From an uncultured Verrucomicrobiales bacterium (GTDB taxonomy: Bacteria; Verrucomicrobiota; Verrucomicrobiia; Verrucomicrobiales; Akkermansiaceae), in NCBI GenBank assembly GCA_963933605.1, contig CAWVVN010000001.1:29879-93878 (forward strand): a DNA stretch of 64,000 nucleotides, read 5' to 3'. Below, piece after piece: positions 1 through 9,044 of the stretch. The notes under the pieces are model-generated. The model did not search any database. It was not told where the DNA came from and worked only from the letters and a program-made list of their open reading frames with translations. Made by a program: the position numbers and the translations under genes. Position 1 is the first letter of the stretch, and each line of letters begins with the position of its first letter.

Positions 1-342
1 AGCGGATCTCTCGACTTCATGTTTACACGCAAGGCAGTGATCGAGTTTGCAAAAACAGACAGCCTCGATCTTGAAGAGCTTGAGCTCAATCTCATCGACT
101 TCGGCTTAGAAGAAATGGATCTGCAAGATGACCGAGTTGTCGTTTATGGAGAGTTCACCAGCTTCGGGGAACTGACCAAGGCCTGTGAAGACATGGGCAT
201 TGAAGGTTTTAAAGCGAACCTGCAACGTATTGCCAATAGTCCGGTTGAACTGACCGAGGCTCAGATTGATGAAGTGGAGACGCTCATCGACAAGCTGGAG
301 GAGGATGACGACGTCCAGGCGGTGTTTACCAATCTGGCGTAA
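1..342 (+). CDS. yebC: YebC/PmpR family DNA-binding regulator, C-terminal part (5' truncated by window edge)
   Basis: Frame is open from base 1 (SGSLDFMFTRKAV...). It ends LIDKLEEDDDVQAVFTNL, the typical YebC C-terminus. Confidence 0.9.
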   Translation, partial: SGSLDFMFTRKAVIEFAKTDSLDLEELELNLIDFGLEEMDLQDDRVVVYGEFTSFGELTKACEDMGIEGFKANLQRIANSPVELTEAQIDEVETLIDKLEEDDDVQAVFTNLA

Positions 343-357
343 TCTTGCTCGGTGGTG

Positions 358-3300
358 TTATTTTTTATGGCGTGCTATTTCCTGCCACAAACAGAAGAAT
401 GTCGGCACGACAAACATACTGAGCAGCACAACGAGTGAACCGCCAAAGATGGGAACCGCCATCGGCCCCATGATGTCAGCCCCGCGTCCTGTCGAGGTCA
501 GCACTGGCAGTAGTGCCAAGATGGTCGTGGCAGAAGTCATCAGGCATGGTCGGCAGCGGCGTTTGCCAGCGAGAATGGTAGTGGCCCTGATTTGTCCGAT
601 GGTCTGAGGAAGGTCTTTTTTGAAGCGCTGGCGCAGATAGGTGGAGATGACCACGCCGTCGTCGGTGGCGATGCCAAACAGGGCAATGAAGCCGACCCAT
701 ACCGCGGTGGAAAGGTTGATCGGGTGAATCTGGAAAATCGAGCGCAGGTTGTGACCAAAGACGTCAATGTTCATAAAGCCCGGCTGAGCGTAGAGCCAGA
801 GCAGCAGGAAACCTCCTGAGAAGGCCACGGCGATGCCGCTGAAAATAATGATGGTGTTGATCACAGAGCGGTTTTGCAGATAGAGGATCGAGAAGATGGC
901 GAGTAGGGCGAGCGGCATCATGACCATCATGTTTTGATCAAATTCGAGAGCCGACTGATAGTTGCCGGCGAATTCATAACGAGTGCCTCCGCTGCGTTTG
1001 AGCTTGCCTGCCTTTTCCTGTGCTTCGAGGTAGGCCTGAACATCCTCGACCACATCAACTTCTGCGAATCCCGGGTTAGAGCCAAAGGTGACGTAAGCAG
1101 TCAGGAACGTATCCTCGCTTTTGATGACCTGTGGACCTCGCACATACTCGATGTCGACGAGTTGCCCGAGCGGGACTTGTGCGCCTTCACGGGTGGTGAT
1201 GAGGATTTTTTTAATCGCTTCAATCGAGTCACGGGCTTCACGAGCGTAGCGGACCTGGACGCCGTAGCGTTCCCGTCCTTCGACGGTGGTGGTGACAATT
1301 TCGCCGCCGATTGCGGTTTGGATGGTTTTGTGGATGTCGATGACATTCAGGCCGTAGCGTTTGGCGGCCTCGCGGTCGGGGTGGATTTCGAGGTAGGGTT
1401 TGCCGACGATACGGTCCGCATTGATGCTGTTGATGTCGAGTCCGGGGATATTGCTCTCGCGCATGAGACGCTCAAGTTGAAGGCCGAAGTCCTCGAGGGC
1501 CAACAGGGTGGGGGCTTTGATTTTGATGCCCATGGGAGCGCGCATCCCAGTGCGTAGCATGACGAGGCGGGTTTCGATGGGCTGGAGTTTGGGTGCACCA
1601 GTAACTCCAGGGACTTGGATGACATGGCTTATTTCCTGCCAGATGTCATCGGCACTCTTGATATGCGGACGCCATTGTCTGAAGGGTTTTCCTTTTTTAT
1701 CTGGAACAAGTTTGCCCTTGTTATCGTAGATGTAGTCTCCTTGCTCATCGACTTTGAATGTGAGCACACGCCCTTGGCTATCAGCGCGAAATTCGGAGCG
1801 GTAATTGACGATCGTCTCGATCATGGAAATGGGTGCGGGGTCGAGTGCGGATTCTGCACGGCCAATTTTGCCGACGACCTGATAGACCTCGGGGATGGTG
1901 GCGATGGCGGCATCGAGCGTTCGCAGTGAACCAGCGGCTTCATCGATCGACGCGTGTGGGCTGACCGTGGGCATGACAAGGAACGAACCTTCGTCGAGTG
2001 CTGGACGGAATTCTTTGCCGAGTCCGGGGAATTTCCGATCGATGTCCTGATAGAGCGAGGTGTTTTTGATGCCCTCGGGTAAGCCGGCAGTGAGTTGTCC
2101 AAAGCCAAGCCAAATACACCCTGCCACGGCGAGCATCATCAGGGGTATACTCAGAAAGATGATTTTGTGATCAAGAATCCAGCTTAGGATACGGGTGTAG
2201 GCGAGCTCGGCAAACTTGAACGTGAGTAGCAGGCCGCCGAGAATGATGATGACAAAGACGAAGTTGGTGAAGGTGGCGGAGTCAAGGCCAAGCGGCATCC
2301 AGTGTTTGGCCAACAGCCAGCCAACGATTAGAGCGGTAACGATGTTGATGCTGAGTCCGCCTATTTTTTGCAGGTGAGGGGGTAGTTTTGCATGGTAGGC
2401 ATTGATGAGAGCGAGGGCAGCTAACACCAGAGCTAGAGCGATCGAGAAACCGAATGCGATTCCCGCGCCGATACCCAGAAGTGCGGTGATGAGACCCTTG
2501 CGACTGAGGATTTTAACGGACGCTTGCGAGGCTTTGTTTTTTTCCGAGGCGAGCCATTTCGGAAAGACCCCTAATAGGAGGTGGGCGATCGGCGGGATGA
2601 TGGTCAGGGCGACGATAATGGAGGCGATCAGGGCAAAGGCTATGGTGGAAGCGAGGGGACGATAAAGCCTGCCGGCCTCTCCGGCCATGGTGAAGACAGG
2701 AATGAAGCTAACGATGGTGGTCATCACAGAGGTGGTGACGGCACCAGAGACCTCGGTTACAGCTTCGTAGATAATGGCTGCTGAGCTTGTCTTGGAGCTG
2801 TTTTCCCGAGCTTGCTGCAGGTGTTTAATGATGTTTTCTGTGAGCACGATGCCAACGTCAACCACCGTGCCGATGGCAATAGCGATGCCAGAAAGAGCAA
2901 CGATGTTGGCGTCCACCTTGAATAGCTTCATGGCGATGAAGGTGATCAGCACGGCAAGGGGCAGCATGGCGGAGATCAGGATGCTGCTGCGTAGGTGCAG
3001 GATCATGATGACAACCACGATAATGGTGACCAAGATCTGTTCGAGGAGTGCGGAGTCGAGCGTGTTGAGCGTCTCGGCGATGAGGCCTGAGCGGTCGTAG
3101 AACGGCACGATAGTGACCTTGGAAGTGTTCATCCATTCCGGCCAATGGTCGCGCTCATGGGTGTTGGTCCAGGGTAGCCAGGCGTCTTGCTTGAGGGTGG
3201 TGTCTGCGGCTGCTTCGCTGGCAAATGCTGGGCTGATGTTATGATCAGCAGCAAATTTCTTCACAGCGGCTCGATCTGTTTGTTGCCAATCAATGGTCAC

Positions 3301-4299
3301 TTTGGTGGGTAGCGCTGCTGAGATTTCCTTGATCTTGGCTTTGGTGTTTTTGATCGTGGCCATCGGGTTGGCGCCATAGCGGGCAACGACAATTCCTCCG
3401 GCGGCATCGGCTCCATTGACGTCAATGACACCGCGCCTCATGTCAGGACCGAGCTGAACGGTGGCGACCTGGGCGACGGTGATTGGCGTGTTGTCACGGA
3501 CGGCTACTACGGCATCACGCAGGTCATCGAGTTCGCGGATGTATCCTGTGCCTCGCAGGATGTATTCCACGCCGTTAATGGCGAGGTTGCGGGCGCCGGT
3601 TTCCATGTTGCTTTTGCGAACGGCATTGGCAACTTCGGCCAGGGTTACATTCCAGGCCTGCAGTTTCATCGGGTCGACCTCGACCTGGTATTGTTTGACG
3701 AATCCGCCGACTGAGGCGACCTCGGCAACACCGCCAGCGCCGAGCAGCGAGTAGCGAACATACCAGTCTTGTAGGGAGCGGAGCTCCTCAGGGTTCCATC
3801 CTGGGGCTGGGTTGCCCTCGGGGTCTTGGCCCTCAAGGAAGTATTGATAAATCTGTCCCAGACCGGTGGCATCGGGGCCTAGTGCCGGCATGGCTCCATC
3901 TGGGAGTAAACCGACGGGCAGGCTGTTGAGTTTTTCTAGAATCCGGCTGCGGCTCCAGTAGTAATCGATATCTTCCTCGAAAATGAGATAAACATAGGAA
4001 AAACCAAACATGGAGTAGCTGCGGACTTCCTTCACGCCGGGGATGCCCAGCAACGAGACGGTAAGCGGGTAGCTTATCTGATCCTCAATATCTTGTGGCG
4101 AGCGTCCCATGTACTCGGTGAAGACGATTTGTTGGTTGTCGCCGAGATCGGGGATGGCATCGACAGCCACGGGGTCACGCGGGAAACTGCCGGTGTCCCA
4201 GTCGAAGGGGGCGACCCGCACACCCCAACCGATGACAAAGGTGAGCAGAATAAAAACAACTAGTTTTTGATTCAGGCAGAAATGAATGAGCTTATGCAT
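358..4299 (-). CDS. cusA: CusA/CzcA family heavy-metal efflux RND permease (1313 aa, with insertions)
   Basis: Motifs DAIPDLGDNQQIVFTEYMGRSPQDIEDQISYPL, GIAIAIGTVVDVGIVLTEN, PALDEGSFLVMP and GFIALFGIATDDGVV. Lies downstream of MFP and OMF genes. Confidence 0.88.
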   Translation of the reverse strand: MHKLIHFCLNQKLVVFILLTFVIGWGVRVAPFDWDTGSFPRDPVAVDAIPDLGDNQQIVFTEYMGRSPQDIEDQISYPLTVSLLGIPGVKEVRSYSMFGFSYVYLIFEEDIDYYWSRSRILEKLNSLPVGLLPDGAMPALGPDATGLGQIYQYFLEGQDPEGNPAPGWNPEELRSLQDWYVRYSLLGAGGVAEVASVGGFVKQYQVEVDPMKLQAWNVTLAEVANAVRKSNMETGARNLAINGVEYILRGTGYIRELDDLRDAVVAVRDNTPITVAQVATVQLGPDMRRGVIDVNGADAAGGIVVARYGANPMATIKNTKAKIKEISAALPTKVTIDWQQTDRAAVKKFAADHNISPAFASEAAADTTLKQDAWLPWTNTHERDHWPEWMNTSKVTIVPFYDRSGLIAETLNTLDSALLEQILVTIIVVVIMILHLRSSILISAMLPLAVLITFIAMKLFKVDANIVALSGIAIAIGTVVDVGIVLTENIIKHLQQARENSSKTSSAAIIYEAVTEVSGAVTTSVMTTIVSFIPVFTMAGEAGRLYRPLASTIAFALIASIIVALTIIPPIAHLLLGVFPKWLASEKNKASQASVKILSRKGLITALLGIGAGIAFGFSIALALVLAALALINAYHAKLPPHLQKIGGLSINIVTALIVGWLLAKHWMPLGLDSATFTNFVFVIIILGGLLLTFKFAELAYTRILSWILDHKIIFLSIPLMMLAVAGCIWLGFGQLTAGLPEGIKNTSLYQDIDRKFPGLGKEFRPALDEGSFLVMPTVSPHASIDEAAGSLRTLDAAIATIPEVYQVVGKIGRAESALDPAPISMIETIVNYRSEFRADSQGRVLTFKVDEQGDYIYDNKGKLVPDKKGKPFRQWRPHIKSADDIWQEISHVIQVPGVTGAPKLQPIETRLVMLRTGMRAPMGIKIKAPTLLALEDFGLQLERLMRESNIPGLDINSINADRIVGKPYLEIHPDREAAKRYGLNVIDIHKTIQTAIGGEIVTTTVEGRERYGVQVRYAREARDSIEAIKKILITTREGAQVPLGQLVDIEYVRGPQVIKSEDTFLTAYVTFGSNPGFAEVDVVEDVQAYLEAQEKAGKLKRSGGTRYEFAGNYQSALEFDQNMMVMMPLALLAIFSILYLQNRSVINTIIIFSGIAVAFSGGFLLLWLYAQPGFMNIDVFGHNLRSIFQIHPINLSTAVWVGFIALFGIATDDGVVISTYLRQRFKKDLPQTIGQIRATTILAGKRRCRPCLMTSATTILALLPVLTSTGRGADIMGPMAVPIFGGSLVVLLSMFVVPTFFCLWQEIARHKK

Positions 4300-4342
4300 G
4301 GTGAGAAGTTCTATAAAGATGATTCAAAGAGCGTGAAGGACC

Positions 4343-6592
4343 CTAGTGGTTACTATGATCGATGGTCGGCTTTTTGTTTTTAGAGTTTGGATTTTTGAGC
4401 GACAGGGTGTCGGTAACGTCTCCGCAGCTATACATTCCGCTGCCGAAGTAGGGGTTCTGGACCTTGGGAATGGGGGAGAGCCAATCGGCACCTTTAGCTC
4501 CGTCGGCCATGGGGCAGTGAACGACGTAGAGGTTGCCGAGCTGGTTGATGCCGTGTTTTCTGATCAGGGAAATGAGATGTTTTGAAACGGCAGGGAGTTT
4601 TTCGCGAAGGGCTTTGAGTTCGGTGGTTTGTTCGAGTTGCTGAGTGGCGCTTAGCAGTTTTCCCTTATCCTCGTCTTCGGGTAGTGCTGCGATGGCCTCG
4701 AGCAGGGCTGGGATGGCCTGGCTGGCAGGTTTTGCCTGGTCCTCGGCAAGGGGTTGGGAGATTTGCAGGTAGGCGGCGGTGGTTTTTTGCAATGGCAGGA
4801 TCCATGTAGGATCGACTTGGGTGGCTGGGATGGCTTGCCATGGCAGCCCGGTGAAGCGTCCGGTTTCAGACATTTGGTGGCGGATTTTTCTCAGTGATGC
4901 ACGATTGGGGGAGCTGATGGCAGCAAGGGTGTTATTGAGGCGCATGGAAAATTCATTCCAGAGAGCGAGTTCCTTGGTTTGGAGCTGGTCGGTTTCGATG
5001 CTTTCGAGCGTGGATTTCATCGTGCTCAGGTGGCTGTCGGCCTGCTCGGCATGCCTATTTTGGATGGCTTGTTCAAGTTCACCGTAGGCACGCAGCACGG
5101 GTGGCCACTGGGCGAGAATTTGTTGCGGGGCATTGATAGCGGATCGCTCTACCAGGCCGGCATTAGGATTCATCATCGATGGGCGGGCCTTGATCTGGAG
5201 TTCGCTGTCGAGTTTGTAGGCACCTTGGGTAACGACGAGTTCACCAGCATCGAGGCCGTGATCGACGATGAAATAGTCACCCGTTTTCGGTCCTAACACA
5301 ATTTCTCGGCCTTCGAAGACGGGCTCGGTTTTTTCGGGGATGCGAATGTAGACGATGGCGCGTTTGCCAGTGCGGAGCACGGCGGATGCGGGAACGAGTA
5401 TGGGGTTTTCCGTGGCTTGGACTGAGGGGATGAAGCCGAATTCCTCAGCGGGCACCAGGGCCATGCCGCAGATGTCACATTCTCCAGGGCCATCTTTGAC
5501 GATTTCAGGGTGCATCGGGCTGATCCACTTGCCTGCTAGATCAGCACTGAGCACTCGTCCGTGCAGGGCAACGTTTGCTTCGGCGGATGCGTTGGCAAAC
5601 ATGCCAGGTTTGAGCAGAAGGTCTTTATTGTCGACATTGACCCGGACTTTGACGATGCGGCGTTTTGGGTCGAGTTGAGGGTCGATAAAGGCGATGCGCC
5701 CGTAGAAGGTTTTTCCGGGTATGGCTTCGACGGTGAAAGAGACTTTCTGGGCGTAACGCAGCCATGGGAGGTCAGATTCGTAGGCCTCCATTTTCAGCCA
5801 GACCGAGCTGAGCTTGGCGATGCCGAAGAGCGGGTCGCCGGTTTTAAGATACTGGCCTTGCTTGGCGTTGAGTTTGACAATGATACCGTCTTGTTGTGCC
5901 GTCAGGGTGATTTGATTACTTGGTTTGCGCTGTGTTTCGATGGCGGCAATCTGTTGCTCGGTGAGTTCTAATAGGTGAAGTTTTTCGCGTGCGGCGGCGA
6001 GTAGATTGAGGCGGAGACTGCGCACGGCGGGCGATGATGAGCTGCTGACTGATTGAACGGCCTGGATGAGTTCTTGTTGGGCGACGTAGAGTTCCGGGCT
6101 GTAGATTTCAGCAATGGCGTCACCTTTACTGACGGTGGTTCCTGTGAAGTCGGCGTAGAGTCGGTCAAGCCTGCCACTCATGCGGGCGGTGGTGGTGACA
6201 ATGGTGCGTTCGTCGTAGTCGATTTTGCCAAACAGCTTTACGTTTACCTGTGCTGGAGCGCGAAGCACTGGGCTGACGCGTAGATCGAGTAGTGCGGCGG
6301 CTTGATTGCTGATGGTGATTTCACGGAGACCGCCATCGCCATTTTCAACCTGGAGCGGGATGAGGTCCATGTTGCAGATCGGGCATAGGCCTGGGTTGGG
6401 TTGGCGGATCTGGGGGTGCATGGAGCAGGTCCAGACCTCTGCGTTTTCGGCCTTAGAGGTTCCTTCATGGTCATGTTTTTTTGAGGGCAGTGCGAACCAC
6501 CAACCCGCGAAAAAAAGGATCAAGGGAATCAGAATTACGCCTGGTTTTTTAATCAGAAAAGTGAGCGCTTGGAGTATCTTATTGTTTTTCAT
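4343..6592 (-). CDS. cusB: CusB-like efflux RND periplasmic adaptor with heavy-metal-binding domains and DUF3347-like C-terminus
   Basis: WTCSMHPQIRQPNPGLCPICNMDL and WISPMHPEIVKDGPGECDICGMAL heavy-metal-binding motifs, an MFP core (IYSPELYVAQQEL, LKPGMFA) and C-terminal HCPMA...WL...VQNPYFG...SCG. Confidence 0.88.
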   Translation of the reverse strand: MKNNKILQALTFLIKKPGVILIPLILFFAGWWFALPSKKHDHEGTSKAENAEVWTCSMHPQIRQPNPGLCPICNMDLIPLQVENGDGGLREITISNQAAALLDLRVSPVLRAPAQVNVKLFGKIDYDERTIVTTTARMSGRLDRLYADFTGTTVSKGDAIAEIYSPELYVAQQELIQAVQSVSSSSSPAVRSLRLNLLAAAREKLHLLELTEQQIAAIETQRKPSNQITLTAQQDGIIVKLNAKQGQYLKTGDPLFGIAKLSSVWLKMEAYESDLPWLRYAQKVSFTVEAIPGKTFYGRIAFIDPQLDPKRRIVKVRVNVDNKDLLLKPGMFANASAEANVALHGRVLSADLAGKWISPMHPEIVKDGPGECDICGMALVPAEEFGFIPSVQATENPILVPASAVLRTGKRAIVYIRIPEKTEPVFEGREIVLGPKTGDYFIVDHGLDAGELVVTQGAYKLDSELQIKARPSMMNPNAGLVERSAINAPQQILAQWPPVLRAYGELEQAIQNRHAEQADSHLSTMKSTLESIETDQLQTKELALWNEFSMRLNNTLAAISSPNRASLRKIRHQMSETGRFTGLPWQAIPATQVDPTWILPLQKTTAAYLQISQPLAEDQAKPASQAIPALLEAIAALPEDEDKGKLLSATQQLEQTTELKALREKLPAVSKHLISLIRKHGINQLGNLYVVHCPMADGAKGADWLSPIPKVQNPYFGSGMYSCGDVTDTLSLKNPNSKNKKPTIDHSNH

Positions 6593-6627
6593 GGCAGTCT
6601 TGGAAATGGATGGCTGGATAGAGTTTT

Positions 6628-7950
6628 TTAATGAATGGCGGCCGCGCTTTTCAGGGAGGCATATGCTTTTCCGAGTGAGGCATGATTGCCTTCCTGTTGG
6701 AATTGAAGGGTCAGCAGCAGGCGCCAGGTATCGAGTACGTCGACAAAGGATTGTTCGCCGGCGCTATAGGATTGGAGTGATAATTCGTGAGCTTGGCCGG
6801 CATCGGGGAGAAGGCGCTCATCGAACAGCTTGATGATCTTACGGGAAGCCTCGGCTCGGAACCAGGCATCCTCGACACGTTGTCTGAGTTCGGCACGTGA
6901 ATGGGCCACTCCGGCCTGCATTTCTGCGATGCCAGCCTGGGCTTCTCGAATTTTAGCACGGCGCGGTTTTTGCCAGATGGGTAGAGTGATGCCGAGAGTG
7001 AACATGGTCTGATCTTCGCCGTTGGCTACGGGGGAGAGTCCTGAGTTTGACACCCAGGCGTGCTGAGCACCGATGAGGAAATCCGGGTAGGCATCGAGGC
7101 GAGCTTTTTGAAGGCGGTGTTCGAATGCGGAGAGGCGATTTTGATTAGCCTTGATGCTAGGGTGTGAGGATTCAGCCCTGGCGATAAGCTTGCTGAGACT
7201 ACTCGAGCTGGGAGTTGATGAGCGTTTTGGCAGGGGCAAGTCTGATCCTGCTGGGCGATTGAGTAAGGCGTTCAAGCGGGATTTTTGACTATTGATCTGT
7301 TGCTTTGCGGTGATGAGTTGCTGGTCGATTTTACTCGTCTCTGTGGCGATTCTTAGCAGGTCGGCTTGCGTGCCTTGGTTTGCTTTGACACGTGCTTGCA
7401 CGACCTCCTGAACGGTTTGTAGAATCTCACGATTTTCCCGACTGATGCGTCGGTTCTGATGGGCGAGGTAGTAATCCCAGTAGGCAAAACGCACACGCTC
7501 GGCGATCTGGAGCTTGAGGCTGTTGAGTTCGGATCGAGCGGCATCGCTTTCTTTTTGGGCGGTGAGCGCCATGGCCCTGCGTTTGCCAGGGAAGGGGATT
7601 TGTTGTTCGAGGCCAGCCATGGTATCGACTTGACCTGCAGCAGTCTCTGCGAGATTTCCCGCGCTGACCCGTGCCCGAGGGTCTGGCAGTGCGCGCTCTT
7701 GCTCTACCTTTGCTTGAAGACGGTCAATCTTGTGCCGTGCTGCGTTGAGTGACGGATGGTGGCTGAGGGCTTGAGATACGAGTTGTTCGACATTGGCATC
7801 GGCTGGGATGCTGTAGTTGCTCGCTTTGCTTTGCGACTTGGAAAGTTCGTGGGTCAATGAGGACAGGTGATTTGGGGAGTCAGATGTCTGACAACCCGCT
7901 AAAATAGCGACGAGAACAGGGATAAGTCGCATGTATTTTTTGATAGTCAT
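6628..7950 (-). CDS. TolC family outer-membrane efflux lipoprotein (CusC-like)
   Basis: Lipobox VLVAILAGC, OEP-type coiled-coil repeats and ending LGKAYASLKSAA. Start moved from 8058 to ATG 7950 (7932 also possible) to place the signal peptide at the N-terminus. Confidence 0.85.
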   Translation of the reverse strand: MTIKKYMRLIPVLVAILAGCQTSDSPNHLSSLTHELSKSQSKASNYSIPADANVEQLVSQALSHHPSLNAARHKIDRLQAKVEQERALPDPRARVSAGNLAETAAGQVDTMAGLEQQIPFPGKRRAMALTAQKESDAARSELNSLKLQIAERVRFAYWDYYLAHQNRRISRENREILQTVQEVVQARVKANQGTQADLLRIATETSKIDQQLITAKQQINSQKSRLNALLNRPAGSDLPLPKRSSTPSSSSLSKLIARAESSHPSIKANQNRLSAFEHRLQKARLDAYPDFLIGAQHAWVSNSGLSPVANGEDQTMFTLGITLPIWQKPRRAKIREAQAGIAEMQAGVAHSRAELRQRVEDAWFRAEASRKIIKLFDERLLPDAGQAHELSLQSYSAGEQSFVDVLDTWRLLLTLQFQQEGNHASLGKAYASLKSAAAIH

Positions 7951-8111
7951 AAAAGAGGTTGCTGGAATGTTTTGGTCGCCGCCAAATCTGTTAGATTGAT
8001 GGGCAGGGCATAGTGTAGTTATTGCGTAGTTCAGATAGGGCCGTGACGAAGTCGGCAAGCTTGCCCGGTATCTGGTTCGTTAGGCGGTTGAGCAATGCTC
8101 ACGCCATTCGA

Positions 8112-8129
8112 CTCACACCTAGGTGTGAG
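8112..8129. promoter_or_regulatory. Perfect 18-bp palindrome CTCACACCTAGGTGTGAG, candidate operator or hairpin upstream of the cus genes
   Basis: Read directly: all 9 base pairs are complementary with no spacer. Lies between the Cys-rich ORF and the OMF gene. Confidence 0.5.
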
Positions 8130-8141
8130 CTTATTCCTTAA

Positions 8142-8522
8142 TCAAAGTAGGAAGATCGAATAAAGAATACGCAGGGTATTCTCGGGTGGTGGGGGTATCG
8201 GTGTCGCCAGTATCAGGGGGGGCGTGTAGCAATGATTACTGGTGTTTAGTAATGCAGTAGGAGGCCCGGCCTCATACGCATAATCAGTTACCTGGAAGTG
8301 AAAGGACTTAAAGTCAGGGTAATCCTTGTTTTGCGCACACATGCAGGTGTGGTCGCCTTCCTTGTTTTTTCCACTCTCACCTTGATCAACCGATGAAGAG
8401 CAACATGAGGCAGCCGATTTTTCTTTGGCAGTGCAGGAGTCACCGAATGAGCAGCAGCAGGCGGGATTAGCCAGCAGCAGCACAAGCATGAACGTGACGG
8501 TATTCTTCAATAAAAGCATCAA
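8142..8522 (-). CDS. Small Cys-rich exported/leader protein heading the metal-efflux operon (DUF2946/CzcI-like architecture)
   Basis: N-terminal hydrophobic stretch, CCC, CC and HTCMC clusters, C-terminal PIPPPP...LYSIFLL. Co-oriented directly upstream of cusC-B-A. Confidence 0.65.
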   Translation of the reverse strand: MMLLLKNTVTFMLVLLLANPACCCSFGDSCTAKEKSAASCCSSSVDQGESGKNKEGDHTCMCAQNKDYPDFKSFHFQVTDYAYEAGPPTALLNTSNHCYTPPLILATPIPPPPENTLRILYSIFLL

Positions 8523-8654
8523 CCTAGAATTACATTAGTGCCCTGAATCTACCATTGAGGGTGGTAGGTAGCAAGTTGATTATAATGTTGGCCACTGGGC
8601 TATTTGACCATCCACCTTTGGGTTTGGTAAACCGGCACCTATGATGTGCCAGTG

Positions 8655-8930
8655 TTAGGCTGAAATGATGAAGCCTTTGACGTTTTCGAGCAGCGGGATT
8701 TCTTCGAGCTGCATCGTTTTGATGTAGTGAGACAGGGTGCTTTCCTCGACGATCTCGTTGAGAAACTCCGCCACTTCATCCTCTTCTCCCATAAGATTGA
8801 GTTCGACGGTGCCTTCGGGGAGGTTTTTGACGTTGCCAAGGACATCAAAGCCTGTGGCAAGTTGTTTGACGGTGTAGCGAAATCCGACGCCCTGGACTCT
8901 GCCCTCAAATATAGCACGTTTAGCAATCAC
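8655..8930 (-). CDS. acyP: Acylphosphatase
   Basis: Signature FEGRVQGVGFRY and GNVKNLPEGTVE; GTG start. Confidence 0.92.
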   Translation of the reverse strand: MIAKRAIFEGRVQGVGFRYTVKQLATGFDVLGNVKNLPEGTVELNLMGEEDEVAEFLNEIVEESTLSHYIKTMQLEEIPLLENVKGFIISA

Positions 8931-9044
8931 CTCAGAATAGTAGTGTAGCTTGTTGCATTATGCCAGTCTGACTCTAGGTGAATGTGTAATTACTTATTTT
9001 TTCCTCGGAGTAAGGGGGCATTCTGGGTTTTATTTGCAGCGCTC

